Part shown: positions 53,942-64,000 of the stretch, piece after piece
How the letters are laid out: every line of letters begins with the position of its first letter
Numbering within the stretch: the stretch's first letter is position 1
Source of the DNA: Polyangiaceae bacterium
GTDB taxonomy: Bacteria > Myxococcota_A > Polyangia > Polyangiales > Polyangiaceae
Reading direction: 5' to 3'
Assembly (NCBI GenBank): GCA_044376115.1
Contig: JBILLK010000034.1
Coordinates: forward strand, 1 to 64,000
Length of the DNA: 64,000 bases
Translations under genes and position numbers: made by a program
The notes under the pieces: generated by a model
Databases searched by the model: none
Seen by the model: only the letters and a program-made list of their open reading frames with translations
What the model was told of the DNA's origin: nothing

Positions 53942-55488
53942 GCACCAAGCTGTTTGTCCCGGGAGATGCTGCGGCTCGCTCCGTTGGCGCCGATCAAGTC
54001 GTCACCGCCCTCGTTGCGGAGGCGGCGGCTCGTGGGGAGGCCATCTCGATCGTACGCAACGGCTCGCGAGGCCTCCTGTGGCTGGAGCCGCTAATCGAGG
54101 TGGAAACGCCGCAGGGCCGAGTGGCCTACGGCCCAGTGTTCCCCGAGGACGTCCCCAGCTTGTTTGAGAGCGGCTTTCTGTCCGGCTTGTCACACCCTCT
54201 GGGTCACGGCCTGACCAACGCCATTCCCTATCTGCATAAACAAGAGCGGCTCACTTTCGCTCGCGTCGGCCTCACCGATCCGCTCTCGCTAAGCGACTAT
54301 GAGCAGCACGGTGGGCTCGTTGGGCTGCGCGCGGCGTTAGCCATTTCCCCCGAGGAGATCGTTGAGCGCGTCACCACCTCCGGGCTGCGTGGGCGCGGCG
54401 GCGCTGCCTTCCCTACCGGGATCAAGTGGCGCACGGTTCTGCAGACCCCGGCCGAGCAGAAGTATGTCGTGTGCAACGCCGATGAGGGGGACTCCGGCAC
54501 CTTCTCCGACCGGATGTTGATGGAGGGAGATCCCTTCCTGCTAATTGAAGGTATGGTGATCGCCGGGCTGGCGACCGGGGCAACCCGCGGCAGCATTTAC
54601 CTGCGCTCGGAGTACCCCGACGCCGCACGCGTGCTCACCCAGGCGCTCATCAAAGCGCGTGAACATGGGCTGCTGGGAAATAACATATTAGGTAGCGGGC
54701 GCGGCTTCGAACTCGAACTCTACCTCGGTGCTGGTAGCTACGTATGCGGTGAGGAGACCGCCCTGCTCGAGAGTCTCGAGGGCAAGCGCGGCGTGGTGCG
54801 CTATCGGCCACCCGTGCCGGCGGTGAAGGGGCTGTGGGGTAAACCCACGGCGCTCAATAACGTAGTCACGCTCGCCTCGGTACCGTTCATTCTGGCGAAC
54901 GGGCCTGAGGCCTATCGCGATTATGGCGCGGGCCGCTCGCGCGGGACGCTGGCGTTTCAGCTCGCCGGGAACCTCAAACGCGGCGGTCTGGTGGAGCGAG
55001 CCTTCGGCGTGACGCTGCGCGAGCTGCTCTACGACTACGGCGGTGGCTCGGCCAGTGGGCGGCCGCTGCGCGCAGTGCAGGTGGGCGGGCCGCTCGGAGC
55101 CTTCATCCCTGCCTCTCAGTTTGATCTGCCGCTCGACTACGAGGCCTTCGCCGCCCAAGGCTCAATCGTCGGGCATGGCGGCATCGTTGCCTTTGACGAC
55201 ACCGTGGATATGGCGAAGATGGCCCGCTACGCGCTCGAGTTTTGCGCCATTGAGTCGTGCGGCAAATGCACGCCCTGTCGCATTGGCTCTACGCGCGGTG
55301 TGGAGCTGCTCGATCGCCTGCGCGCCGGTGAACGTCCCAAGCAGCAGCTCACGGTGCTCAATGATCTGCTGCATACCATGGAGCATGCTTCGTTGTGTGC
55401 GCTCGGCGGTATGACCCCCTATCCCGTTCGCAGCGCGTTAACACATTTTGCTGCGGACTTTGGCGTTGAGAGCTCGGTGGAGAAGTAA
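53938..55488 (+). CDS. fdsB: NAD-dependent formate dehydrogenase beta subunit (NuoF-like, FMN)
   Basis: RNGSRGLLWLEP, GLRGRGGAAFP, NADEGDSG, CGEET, ESCGKCTPCRIG. Confidence 0.93.
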   Translation: MSTKLFVPGDAAARSVGADQVVTALVAEAAARGEAISIVRNGSRGLLWLEPLIEVETPQGRVAYGPVFPEDVPSLFESGFLSGLSHPLGHGLTNAIPYLHKQERLTFARVGLTDPLSLSDYEQHGGLVGLRAALAISPEEIVERVTTSGLRGRGGAAFPTGIKWRTVLQTPAEQKYVVCNADEGDSGTFSDRMLMEGDPFLLIEGMVIAGLATGATRGSIYLRSEYPDAARVLTQALIKAREHGLLGNNILGSGRGFELELYLGAGSYVCGEETALLESLEGKRGVVRYRPPVPAVKGLWGKPTALNNVVTLASVPFILANGPEAYRDYGAGRSRGTLAFQLAGNLKRGGLVERAFGVTLRELLYDYGGGSASGRPLRAVQVGGPLGAFIPASQFDLPLDYEAFAAQGSIVGHGGIVAFDDTVDMAKMARYALEFCAIESCGKCTPCRIGSTRGVELLDRLRAGERPKQQLTVLNDLLHTMEHASLCALGGMTPYPVRSALTHFAADFGVESSVEK

Positions 55489-55490
55489 CC

Positions 55491-58340
55491 ATGGATTCGA
55501 TCTTCAAGCGCGATTTGGGAACGCCGATCCGGCTCGGGAAACGTGGGGTCGCCCTCAGCATTGACGGCGTGAGCGTGACCGTTCCTGAGGGCACCTCGGT
55601 GATGCAGGCAGCAGCGCGCGCCGGTACGCAGATCCCGAAGTTGTGCGCGACCGATTCGCTCGAGGCCTTCGGCTCGTGCCGGCTCTGTTTGGTGCAGATT
55701 GAGGGGAAGCGCGGTTTCCCGGCTTCATGCACCACCTTGGTTGAACCGGGGATGCGGGTTACCACGCAATCCTCCGAGCTCGCGCGGCTCCGCCGCGGGG
55801 TGATGGAACTTTACATCTCCGATCACCCGCTGGATTGTTTGACGTGTCCGGCCAACGGCAATTGCGAGTTACAGACCATGGCCGGTGCCGTCGGTCTGCG
55901 CGAGGTCCGTTACGGCTTTGCCGGAGAGAATCACCTGCAATCGCAGAAGGACGAGAGCAACCCGTACTTCACCTTCGATCCGAGCAAGTGCATCGTCTGT
56001 TCGCGCTGCGTGCGAGCCTGCGAGGAGATTCAAGGTACCTTCGCTTTGACCGTCTCCGGGCGCGGTTTTGACTCAGTGATTTCGCCGGGAGGCACCGACT
56101 TCTTCTCGAGTGAATGCGTCTCGTGTGGGGCTTGCGTGCAGGCCTGCCCAACCGCGACGCTGATGGAGAAGTCGGTGGTAGAGCTGGGGCAGGCGGAGCA
56201 TTCGGTGGTAACCACCTGCGCCTATTGTGGTGTCGGGTGCTCCTTTCGAGCCGAGCTACAAGGCAACACGGTGGTTCGAATGGTCCCTCACAAAGAGGGC
56301 GGGGCCAATCACGGTCACTCCTGCGTGAAAGGTCGCTTCGCTTGGGGCTACGCCACCCACGCCGACCGCATCACCAAACCGATGATCCGCGAACGCACAG
56401 ACCAGCCTTGGCGAGAGGTTAGTTGGCAGGAGGCGTTCAGCTTTGCCGCCTCCAAGATCAAGCGGCTGCAAGCCGAATACGGCGAGGGCTGTGTCGGCGC
56501 TATCACCTCTTCACGCTGCACCAATGAAGAGACGTACCTAGTGCAGAAGTTGGTGCGGGCGGCCTTCCGCAACAACAACGTAGATACCTGCGCGCGGGTT
56601 TGCCATTCGCCAACCGGCTATGGCCTAAAGACGACCTTGGGCGAGTCGGCTGGCACACAAGACTTCGAGTCGGTGGACCTCGCCGACGTGATCATGGTGA
56701 TCGGCGCCAACCCCACCGATGCACATCCGGTGTTTGCCTCGCGCATGAAGCGGCGGCTGCGAGAAGGCGCCGCGCTGATCGTGGTGGACCCTCGCGAGAG
56801 TGATCTGGTTAGCCAGCCCCACGCGAAGGCCGCGTTCCATTTGCCGCTCCGGCCGGGCACCAACGTGGCGATCATCAACGCCCTCGCGCATGTGATCGTG
56901 ACGGAAGGTTTGGCGAAAGAAGACTACGTGCTCGCGCGTTGCGACGTCGCCGAATACCAGAAGTGGAAGCAGTTCATCGCCCTGCCCGAGAACTCGCCGG
57001 AGAGCCTCGCCAGCGTTACCGGCGTACCCGCGGAGACCGTTCGCAATGCCGCTCGTCTCTTTGGTCGTGCGCCCAACGGGGCCATCTACTACGGGCTCGG
57101 CGTAACCGAGCACAGCCAAGGCTCGACCATGGTCATGGGGATCGCCAATCTCGCGATGGTGACCGGTAACCTTGGGCGGCCAGGCGTCGGCGTGAACCCA
57201 CTACGCGGTCAGAACAACGTGCAGGGCTCCTGCGACATGGGCTCCTTCCCCCATGAGCTACCAGGCTATCGTCATGTCTCGGATCCGGCGGTGCGTGCGC
57301 TGTTTGAGGCCGCCTGGGGCGTGCCTGTGCACTCCGAGCCCGGGTTGCGCATCCCCAATATGTTTGACGCTGCGTTGGACGGTAGCTTCAAGGGACTGTA
57401 CGTCCAGGGTGAAGATATAGCGCAATCCGATCCGGACATTACGCATGTGCACGCCGCTCTCGCGGCGATGGAGTGCGTCATCGTGCAGGACCTGTTCTTG
57501 AATGAGACGGCCAAGCTCGCTCACGTGTTCCTGCCGGGAGCTAGCTTCTTGGAGAAGGACGGCACCTTCACCAACGCCGAGCGACGAATCAACCGCGTTC
57601 GTAGAGTAATGCCTCCGCTCGCTGGTCTCGCCGACTGGGAGGTCACTGTGGGGCTGGCCGAGGCGCTCGGTGTTCCTATGCACTATACTCACCCGTCGGA
57701 GATCATGGCGGAGATCGCCCGTTTGACGCCGACGTTCCAAGGCGTCTCGTATGAGAAGCTGGATCGGCTCGGCAGCGTGCAATGGCCTTGCAACGATGCC
57801 GCTCCGGAGGGGACTCCGGTCATGCATGTGGATGAGTTCGTGCGTGGGAAAGGGCGGTTCGTGATTACGCGTTACGTCGCTACGACTGAGCGCACCAATC
57901 GCGAGTTCCCGCTGATCCTGACGACGGGGCGCATCCTCTCTCAATACAATGTCGGCGCGCAGACCCGGCGCACCGCCAACGTGATTTGGCACGCCGAGGA
58001 TCTGCTCGAGCTTCACCCTCACGACGCCGAGCAGCGGGGCCTCGTCGAAGGCGACTTGGTGCAGGTTCGAAGCCGAGCGGGCGAGACGGTGTTGCGCGCG
58101 ACGCTGACCGAACGGGTGCAACCGGGCGTTGTGTACACCACCTTCCACCACCCGGTCTCGGGCGCCAATGTGGTAACCACCGAGAACTCCGACTGGGCGA
58201 CCAATTGTCCGGAATACAAAGTAACGGCCGTGCAAGTGCGCAAAGCGGCTGGGCGCTCGGCGTGGCAAGAGAGCTTCACCGCGGAGCACCAAGCGCAGGT
58301 CGCGATGTTGCCGAAGTCGGGAGCTGCCCGTGAAGGTTGA
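55491..58340 (+). CDS. fdsA: NAD-dependent formate dehydrogenase alpha subunit (molybdopterin, Cys ligand)
   Basis: IPKLC, GSCRLC, HPLDCLTC, two ferredoxin motifs, CAYCGVGC, NNVDTCARVCH, LRGQNNVQG. Confidence 0.95.
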   Translation: MDSIFKRDLGTPIRLGKRGVALSIDGVSVTVPEGTSVMQAAARAGTQIPKLCATDSLEAFGSCRLCLVQIEGKRGFPASCTTLVEPGMRVTTQSSELARLRRGVMELYISDHPLDCLTCPANGNCELQTMAGAVGLREVRYGFAGENHLQSQKDESNPYFTFDPSKCIVCSRCVRACEEIQGTFALTVSGRGFDSVISPGGTDFFSSECVSCGACVQACPTATLMEKSVVELGQAEHSVVTTCAYCGVGCSFRAELQGNTVVRMVPHKEGGANHGHSCVKGRFAWGYATHADRITKPMIRERTDQPWREVSWQEAFSFAASKIKRLQAEYGEGCVGAITSSRCTNEETYLVQKLVRAAFRNNNVDTCARVCHSPTGYGLKTTLGESAGTQDFESVDLADVIMVIGANPTDAHPVFASRMKRRLREGAALIVVDPRESDLVSQPHAKAAFHLPLRPGTNVAIINALAHVIVTEGLAKEDYVLARCDVAEYQKWKQFIALPENSPESLASVTGVPAETVRNAARLFGRAPNGAIYYGLGVTEHSQGSTMVMGIANLAMVTGNLGRPGVGVNPLRGQNNVQGSCDMGSFPHELPGYRHVSDPAVRALFEAAWGVPVHSEPGLRIPNMFDAALDGSFKGLYVQGEDIAQSDPDITHVHAALAAMECVIVQDLFLNETAKLAHVFLPGASFLEKDGTFTNAERRINRVRRVMPPLAGLADWEVTVGLAEALGVPMHYTHPSEIMAEIARLTPTFQGVSYEKLDRLGSVQWPCNDAAPEGTPVMHVDEFVRGKGRFVITRYVATTERTNREFPLILTTGRILSQYNVGAQTRRTANVIWHAEDLLELHPHDAEQRGLVEGDLVQVRSRAGETVLRATLTERVQPGVVYTTFHHPVSGANVVTTENSDWATNCPEYKVTAVQVRKAAGRSAWQESFTAEHQAQVAMLPKSGAAREG

Positions 58341-58608
58341 GAAGCTGGCCTTCATGGCCAATCAGATAGCGGCCTTCTTCGAGGCAGATCCAGATCGTGA
58401 GGTCGCCCTCGATGGCTTTAGCGGGCACCTGCGTCGGTTCTGGGACCCGCGTATGCGCAAAGAGCTCTTGGCCTGGGTCGACGCTGGCGGTGGTGAGTCG
58501 CTCGCTCCACTGGTGCGCGAGGCCCTATCGCTTAGGAGGTCCCAGATCTTGCCGGATCCGCTCGCGGCCGCAAACGGGGCGAAGTCCCCTTCCGGGGCAC
58601 CCGACTAA
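58330..58608 (+). CDS. fdsD: Formate dehydrogenase delta subunit
   Basis: KLAFMANQIAAFF, HLRRFWDPRMR. Confidence 0.9.
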   Translation: MKVEKLAFMANQIAAFFEADPDREVALDGFSGHLRRFWDPRMRKELLAWVDAGGGESLAPLVREALSLRRSQILPDPLAAANGAKSPSGAPD

Positions 58609-59213
58609 GCAGCGCTGCGCAACATCCCTTCGAGCAGGACGCGCACCAACTCACGTACGTAGCGGGCAGCGTGGTGCTCGGCCTCGGGGGAGCTGGCGAT
58701 GGCGGGTGACTCGAGCCCGACCTGACTCGAAAGAGCGCCCAAAAAGGCCTGCGCGACGGTGGCTGTATCGAGAGCGCCATCGATGCGGCCGAGTGCTCCC
58801 TCGTTCTTTAGATAGTCGGTTAGATACAGCAGCATTTGCTCTCGAGCCGCGAGCTGCATCGTGCGTGAAGCGAGCTCCGGAGTGCCCGCGAGCCTCATCA
58901 TGAAGAGCGGCGTCAATCGGCGTAGGACGCGCAGCAGCAGCAGCTCTCCTGCGCCTACGAGGTTATCCAAGACGTTGCCGCTCCCCGCTTGGCCGGGCAG
59001 CCGACTCAGTTGTTGCAATAGATCGTTGATTTCCGGAGCCACGGCGGCCTCGAATAGGCCTGGTGTCGTCTTATAGCGTTTAAACACCGAGCCCTCGGAG
59101 ATCCCTGCACGCCGCGCTACTTCGGCGCTCGTGGATTGCAGGCCGCGTTCAAGAAACACGGCGCGAGCCGCGTTCAGAATGGTCTCGTTCTCAATCACTG
59201 TCGGTCGTGCCAT
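58605..59213 (-). CDS. TetR/AcrR family regulator
   Basis: MARP; TSAEVARRAGISEGSVFKRY. Confidence 0.9.
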   Translation of the reverse strand: MARPTVIENETILNAARAVFLERGLQSTSAEVARRAGISEGSVFKRYKTTPGLFEAAVAPEINDLLQQLSRLPGQAGSGNVLDNLVGAGELLLLRVLRRLTPLFMMRLAGTPELASRTMQLAAREQMLLYLTDYLKNEGALGRIDGALDTATVAQAFLGALSSQVGLESPAIASSPEAEHHAARYVRELVRVLLEGMLRSAA

Positions 59214-59216
59214 GAC

Positions 59217-62200
59217 TTACTCCGCGCCGACTGGGGAGGCCTTCCCCAGGTCTTGGTGATTCGCCTCTCCACCACCCTCTGCCGCCAAGAGCGCCTCCAG
59301 GTCCTGTTCGCCCCGATCCACTGCGGCTCGTTTGGAGCGGCGGGATAGCCAGCTAGCGGCCTGATCGAACAGATCGTAGGCGACGGGCACCGCCACCAGT
59401 GTAAGCAGCAGGGACAACGTCTGCCCGCCTACCACGATGCCGGAGGAAGCCTGGTTTTTGCCGGCGCCGACCCCGCGCGAAAAGATGAGCGGGATCATTC
59501 CGGCAACGAAAGCGAGCGTTGTCATCAAGATCGGGCGGAGCCGATCTCGGTTGGCCTCCATGATCGCCTGCAGTTTGGGTAGGCCCAGCTTGCGTAGGTG
59601 ATTGGTGTGGTCGATCTGCAAGATGGCGTTCTTCTTCACCACGCCAAACAGCACCAACAGGCCAAGCGCTGAAAAGAGGTTGAGCGTTTGACCCAGCAGG
59701 AGCAGCGACAAAAGGGCGAAGGGCACCGTCAAGGGCAGCGAGAGCAGGATGATCCCCGGTTGCGACCACGACTCGAACTGGGCCGCCAAAACCAGATACA
59801 TAAAGATGAAGCCGAGCACGATCACCATCAGGAAGCCGACGGCGAGCTCAGAGCTGGTCTTCGACGACCCCACCGGCTCCAGCCGGTACTCGGGAGGCAG
59901 GCCCTCTGCTGCGTAGAGTCGCTTGAGTTCCTCGGTTACGGCGTTGGAGCCTACGCCGGGCGCCGGGTTGGCGACGACGGTGTATTGTCGTTGTCGACCA
60001 TAACGGTCAATGCGGGAGGGGCCTTTGGACTCGCGGAACTCCACGACCTGCGACAGCGGTACCACGCCCCCTGATTGTGAACTTACTCCGAGTTCCGGCA
60101 GACTAGCGGCGTTCTCGCGGAACTCTTCTGCCGCTCGCAAGCGGACGTCGTATTGCTCCCCGCCCTCGCTGTAGCTGGTGACCTTCAATCCGCCGACGAA
60201 GACGCGCAAGCTGTCGGCGACGGTGCGCACCGAAACCCCGAGCTTGGCCGCCCGTTCGCGGTCGATGAGGACCTGGGTCTCAGGTTTGGCCTCAGCCAGC
60301 GTCGAATCTACGTCCACGGCTCCCGGATACGCGCGCAAGGAATCGCGGATATGCCGAGTAGCCTCGGCGACACGCTCGATGTCGGGGCCGATAATGGCAT
60401 ATTGAATCTGAGCCTGCGATTGGCCACTCGAGAACTCGGGTACCTCGCCGGCGATGGCTTGAACATCTTCCGGTACGGTGGAGAGGACCTCATCCCGAAT
60501 CCGCTGCATCAGGTGTTGCTGGGTGAAGAGGCGGGCGCCCGGGTCGGTCAGGAAGACATAGACCTTCGCCTCGTTGGTCGGGCTGGTGTCACCAGCGCCA
60601 ACGGTAATCAAGGTTTGACGCACACCCTCATAGCGGCGCGCCTGCTTGGCCAATCGCTGAGCGATCAGCTTGGTCTCGTCCAAGCTCGTCCCCTCTTTCG
60701 CCTTCACTGAGATCTCAAACTGCGCTTGGTCGTCCACCGGGAGGAAGGACGCCGGTACGGCTTTGGCCAACGGGCCACATGAGCCCAGCGTCGCCAAGCT
60801 GAGCAGCACCACCACCCAGCGGTGACGCAGGCTGGCGCCGAGGATACGCATGTAAACGCGCTCGATGGGGCGATAGAAGACGTCCACCAAGCGGCTCAGC
60901 CAACTGCCGTGATCGGCCTCGGTTATCATGCGCGCCGACATCATCGGCGTCAGCGTGAAGCTGACGAAACACGATACGCCGATAGCAAACGCCATGGTCA
61001 ACCCGAAGCTCGCTAGGAAGCGCCCGGGGATGCCACCCATGAAGGCGATCGGCACGAAGATGGCCATCAGCGATAGCGTAGTAGCGAGCACTGCCAGGCC
61101 GATCTCCCGCGTGGCCAACACCGCGGCGACGAACGGTTTGGTCTTACGTTCCTGCACGAAGCGGACGATGTTCTCGAGCACCACGATGGCGTCGTCGATC
61201 ACGATGCCGACGGAGAGAGCGAGGGCCAGCAGCGTCAGGAAGTTCAGCGTGAAGCCCGCAAGCTTCATGATCGCGAAGGTGCCAATGATCGAGATCGGGA
61301 TCGACAGCGCCGCGATCAGGGTAGGGCGCACGCTACCGAGGAATAGAAGGACGATCACCGAGGCGAGGAAGGCGCCCAGGATGAGGTGCTCCTGCACCGA
61401 ATGAATGCCGGTTCGGATCACGCCGGAGTTGTCACGGATGGTCTCCACCTTGACGTTGGGGGGCAGCAGCTTTTGCACCCCGGCGAGCCGCGCCAGCACG
61501 GTGTCGACGACGGCAACCGTGTTCCTCCCGGATTGCTTCTTCACCGAAAGCAGGACAACAGGCTCGCCATCAAGCTCCGCGATGGTCGCTTCTTCTGCCA
61601 CCGCGTCTTCGACCTTGGCGACGTCACTGACCCGAATGGGCCGTCCAGCGGTGCTGCGCAGGATGATTTCCCCGAGCGCTGCCGGGCTTTCGACTCGACC
61701 CGCGACTCGCAGCGTCTGCCGCTCCGGGCCAGAGCCTAACGCGCCACCGGGGACATTGACGTTTTGGCTGGCTAGCCCGAGCTGGACGTCGGTGGCGGTG
61801 AGCCCGTAGGCACGCAGGGCCGCGGGATCCAGCCAGACGTTGATTTGACGTTGGCGCCCACCGATGATCTCGACCTGACCAACGCCGTCGATGCTCTCGA
61901 TCTGCCTGCGAACCGTCTTATCGGCGAGCTCGGTCAGCTCGGCTTCGCTGCCCTGGCCTTTGACCGCCAATAACAAGATAGCGCCAGCCGATGGGTCAAT
62001 GCGCGTTACGACGGGGGGCTCCACACCTTCGGGGAGGTCTTTGAGTACGAGGTCGACTTTGTCGCGAACCTCCTGAGCCGCGACATCTCCGCTCTTGTCG
62101 ACGACGAACGCGACAATCACTTGGGAGACGCCCTCCGACGAGTTGGAGCGCAGCTCATCGATGCCGCCAATGGTGTTGATCGAGCCTTCGATCTTGTCGG

Positions 62201-62393
62201 TGATGTCGCTCTCGACCTCCGCGGGCGCTGCACCCGGCAATCGGGTGGTCACGATTACGAACGGGATATCGACGTTGGGGAAGTTGTCCACCCCGAGCTT
62301 GGCGTAGCTGAAGCCACCGAGCACGACGAGCACGAGCATCAGCACGGTCGCAAACACCGGCCGCTGCACACTGATGCGGGCAAGCCATTGCAT
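59217..62393 (-). CDS. RND efflux permease (AcrB/MdtC-like)
   Basis: 1058 aa; GIVIDDAIVVLEN, GVVKKNAIL, RLRPILMTT. Confidence 0.95.
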   Translation of the reverse strand: MQWLARISVQRPVFATVLMLVLVVLGGFSYAKLGVDNFPNVDIPFVIVTTRLPGAAPAEVESDITDKIEGSINTIGGIDELRSNSSEGVSQVIVAFVVDKSGDVAAQEVRDKVDLVLKDLPEGVEPPVVTRIDPSAGAILLLAVKGQGSEAELTELADKTVRRQIESIDGVGQVEIIGGRQRQINVWLDPAALRAYGLTATDVQLGLASQNVNVPGGALGSGPERQTLRVAGRVESPAALGEIILRSTAGRPIRVSDVAKVEDAVAEEATIAELDGEPVVLLSVKKQSGRNTVAVVDTVLARLAGVQKLLPPNVKVETIRDNSGVIRTGIHSVQEHLILGAFLASVIVLLFLGSVRPTLIAALSIPISIIGTFAIMKLAGFTLNFLTLLALALSVGIVIDDAIVVLENIVRFVQERKTKPFVAAVLATREIGLAVLATTLSLMAIFVPIAFMGGIPGRFLASFGLTMAFAIGVSCFVSFTLTPMMSARMITEADHGSWLSRLVDVFYRPIERVYMRILGASLRHRWVVVLLSLATLGSCGPLAKAVPASFLPVDDQAQFEISVKAKEGTSLDETKLIAQRLAKQARRYEGVRQTLITVGAGDTSPTNEAKVYVFLTDPGARLFTQQHLMQRIRDEVLSTVPEDVQAIAGEVPEFSSGQSQAQIQYAIIGPDIERVAEATRHIRDSLRAYPGAVDVDSTLAEAKPETQVLIDRERAAKLGVSVRTVADSLRVFVGGLKVTSYSEGGEQYDVRLRAAEEFRENAASLPELGVSSQSGGVVPLSQVVEFRESKGPSRIDRYGRQRQYTVVANPAPGVGSNAVTEELKRLYAAEGLPPEYRLEPVGSSKTSSELAVGFLMVIVLGFIFMYLVLAAQFESWSQPGIILLSLPLTVPFALLSLLLLGQTLNLFSALGLLVLFGVVKKNAILQIDHTNHLRKLGLPKLQAIMEANRDRLRPILMTTLAFVAGMIPLIFSRGVGAGKNQASSGIVVGGQTLSLLLTLVAVPVAYDLFDQAASWLSRRSKRAAVDRGEQDLEALLAAEGGGEANHQDLGKASPVGAE

Positions 62394-62395
62394 GA

Positions 62396-63460
62396 CTACT
62401 CCACCGCCTGACCGTTTTGGAGCTCCTCGGGTGGCGCAATAACTACGCTATCTTCGAGCCCAAGCCCCTTGCGGATGGCGACGCGACCTTCCGCGAGCTC
62501 GGGGCCAACGAACACCGATCGCTCGTTGGCGTGACCACGCTCAATCACGAATACGTGCGTCTTGCCTGCGTGCTTCAATAACGCTGTTGCGGGGACGGTT
62601 GGCAGTTCCTCGGTACCAACGCTCAACTCAACCATGCCGAACATACCCGGAAGCAGGGCGCCATCCGCGTTGTCGATGGGCGCCTCTACCACGACGTCAC
62701 GGCTCTGCTTGCGAACGCTCACTCCGCCGCGGTCGATCTTGGTCCGCCAGCTACGGCCTGGATAGGCGGTTACGGTGAATACCACCTCGCTCCCAACCCG
62801 CGCCGCAGGGGCGATCGACTCGGGTGCTTCCATCGCCAGCCGCAGACGGTCATTGCTAACTAGCCGCACGACGCTGGAGTCCGCCCGCACGAACTCACCC
62901 ACTTCGACGAAGCGCTCGTTGACCACTCCGTCGAGCGGGGAGCGGATGACGCCATCAATGACGTTCTTTTGCGCCTGCCCGGCGCGCAGCTCAGCGGCCT
63001 GAACGTCGAGCTCCGAGGTCGCACATTGGTCGCGCAGCCGATCGAACTCTTGCTTAGCGATCGCCCCGCCTTCAAACAGCTTGCTGGCCCGCTCACACTC
63101 ACGAGCAGCGCTGGCCCGCCTCGAGCGAGCGAGCTCAGCTTGTTTCGCTGCCTCCGAGGCCGCCAAGCCAACGGCTTGGGTATCGAGCTTTGCCAGCACA
63201 TCCCCTTTTTTGACGCGTTCGCCGACGGCCACGCGCATCTCGAGCACACGCCCGCTGGCTCCCGCCGCGAGGTTGGCTTCCACCGCCCCCTCGAGCACGG
63301 CGGGCAGCCGCACGGTCCGCGGAACTGCGCGGACCTCCACCTTGGCCGAGGCGACGTGGATGGCCGCAGGCGCGGGTTCCACGTTCGCGGAGGCCTCATT
63401 GGCGCAGCCATGGGTGAGGAGGAGCGGCAGCAGGAGGACGAGGACGCTGGATCGCAACAT
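62396..63460 (-). CDS. RND periplasmic adaptor (MFP) lipoprotein
   Basis: Lipobox THGC; SGRVLEMRVAVGERVKKGDVLA; IRSPLDGVV; LLPGMF. Confidence 0.92.
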   Translation of the reverse strand: MLRSSVLVLLLPLLLTHGCANEASANVEPAPAAIHVASAKVEVRAVPRTVRLPAVLEGAVEANLAAGASGRVLEMRVAVGERVKKGDVLAKLDTQAVGLAASEAAKQAELARSRRASAARECERASKLFEGGAIAKQEFDRLRDQCATSELDVQAAELRAGQAQKNVIDGVIRSPLDGVVNERFVEVGEFVRADSSVVRLVSNDRLRLAMEAPESIAPAARVGSEVVFTVTAYPGRSWRTKIDRGGVSVRKQSRDVVVEAPIDNADGALLPGMFGMVELSVGTEELPTVPATALLKHAGKTHVFVIERGHANERSVFVGPELAEGRVAIRKGLGLEDSVVIAPPEELQNGQAVE

Positions 63461-63538
63461 GAGTGTTGCGATGAATAGCGCACGGGTGACTGTATCGCAA
63501 CGTCATTGATGCGATGAACGCAACGTATATGTTGCGAT
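63451..63538. promoter_or_regulatory. Three palindromic operators ATCGCAAC-N6-GTTGCGAT
   Basis: 63451-63472 perfect, 63494-63515 one mismatch, 63517-63538 one mismatch. Confidence 0.8.
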
Positions 63539-63588
63539 GAGGTCGGTTACTGCTCGCCAACGCGCTAAATATCGGCCAGAGTCTGACC

Positions 63589-64000
63589 ATGTCGGAGGAT
63601 GAAAGCCCCGAAGGGAAGCAGCTGCGTGGGGAGCCGGTCGTTCGTCGGGTCCTCATGTCGGTGATGGAGGAGGTCGCGCTGAGCGGCTACGGAGGCCTCA
63701 CGCTCGAGCGGGTAGCCGCGCGCGCTGGCGTCAACCGCACGACGATTTATCGACGCTGGCCAACCAAGAAGGAATTGGCCATCGCCACCATCCAACACTG
63801 CTCCGAGCAGATCCACTTCGATTGGGACTTGGGCAGTTTGCGCGCCGATATGACCGAGTTTTTGTTGCGCGCAAGCAAGACGCTGTTCACGCCGGGCATG
63901 CTCGGTATGCACCGCATGATGCTCGAGGCGGCACACGATTCGGAGTTGCAGGAGGTGGCAACAGCCGTTCGTGAGGACAAGGTCAGCCATGCCATCGAGG
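63589..64000 (+). CDS. TetR/AcrR family regulator (runs off the window; missing from the ORF track)
   Basis: MSEDESPEGKQLRGEPVVRRVL...GYGGLTLERVAARAGVNRTTIYRRWPTKKEL. Confidence 0.88.
   Translation, partial: MSEDESPEGKQLRGEPVVRRVLMSVMEEVALSGYGGLTLERVAARAGVNRTTIYRRWPTKKELAIATIQHCSEQIHFDWDLGSLRADMTEFLLRASKTLFTPGMLGMHRMMLEAAHDSELQEVATAVREDKVSHAIE

Noticed and set aside
55491..58340. Selenocysteine in FdsA
   Set aside because: The ORF is open and the active-site region reads DTCARVCH with Cys codons; no in-frame TGA
1..64000. Numerous long overlapping Arg/Ala/Pro-rich ORFs in the six-frame track
   Set aside because: Typical off-frame and antisense shadows in high-GC DNA; they lack motifs and overlap better-supported genes

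Overview
GC-rich bacterial chromosomal DNA. The gene repertoire (several Hanks-type Ser/Thr kinases, TPR/PEGA proteins, an FHA-sigma54 activator, AgmX/PglI-type C-terminal domains, many Gly-linker lipoproteins) points to a myxobacterium, most likely Polyangiaceae-like (inference). I found no rRNA, tRNA, CRISPR array or intact mobile element. Layout: (1) 1-11.4 kb is a variable lipoprotein region with a ~1.76-kb tandem duplication, a 24-bp direct repeat bracketing an AraC/extradiol-dioxygenase segment, and an IS91-like transposase remnant. (2) A CIRCE-preceded pair of unknown genes, DUF3291 and a TetR-MacAB-type ABC operon. (3) Kinase/PEGA genes followed by a tail-to-tail junction of truncated T6SS DUF2169 and VgrG genes. 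(4) A kinase / FHA-sigma54 activator / pseudokinase-wHTH module with divergent sigma54 promoters. (5) Mixed genes: SPFH, diguanylate cyclase, aat, NRDE, and a gluconolactonase next to an aldonolactone oxidase. (6) An NAD-dependent formate dehydrogenase operon fdsGBAD lacking fdsC. (7) An RND efflux operon with three palindromic TetR operators. Across the window, many genes have a TAnnnT box 5-9 nt before the start codon and no Shine-Dalgarno, suggesting widespread leaderless mRNAs. All family calls come from motif recognition by eye; no searches were run.
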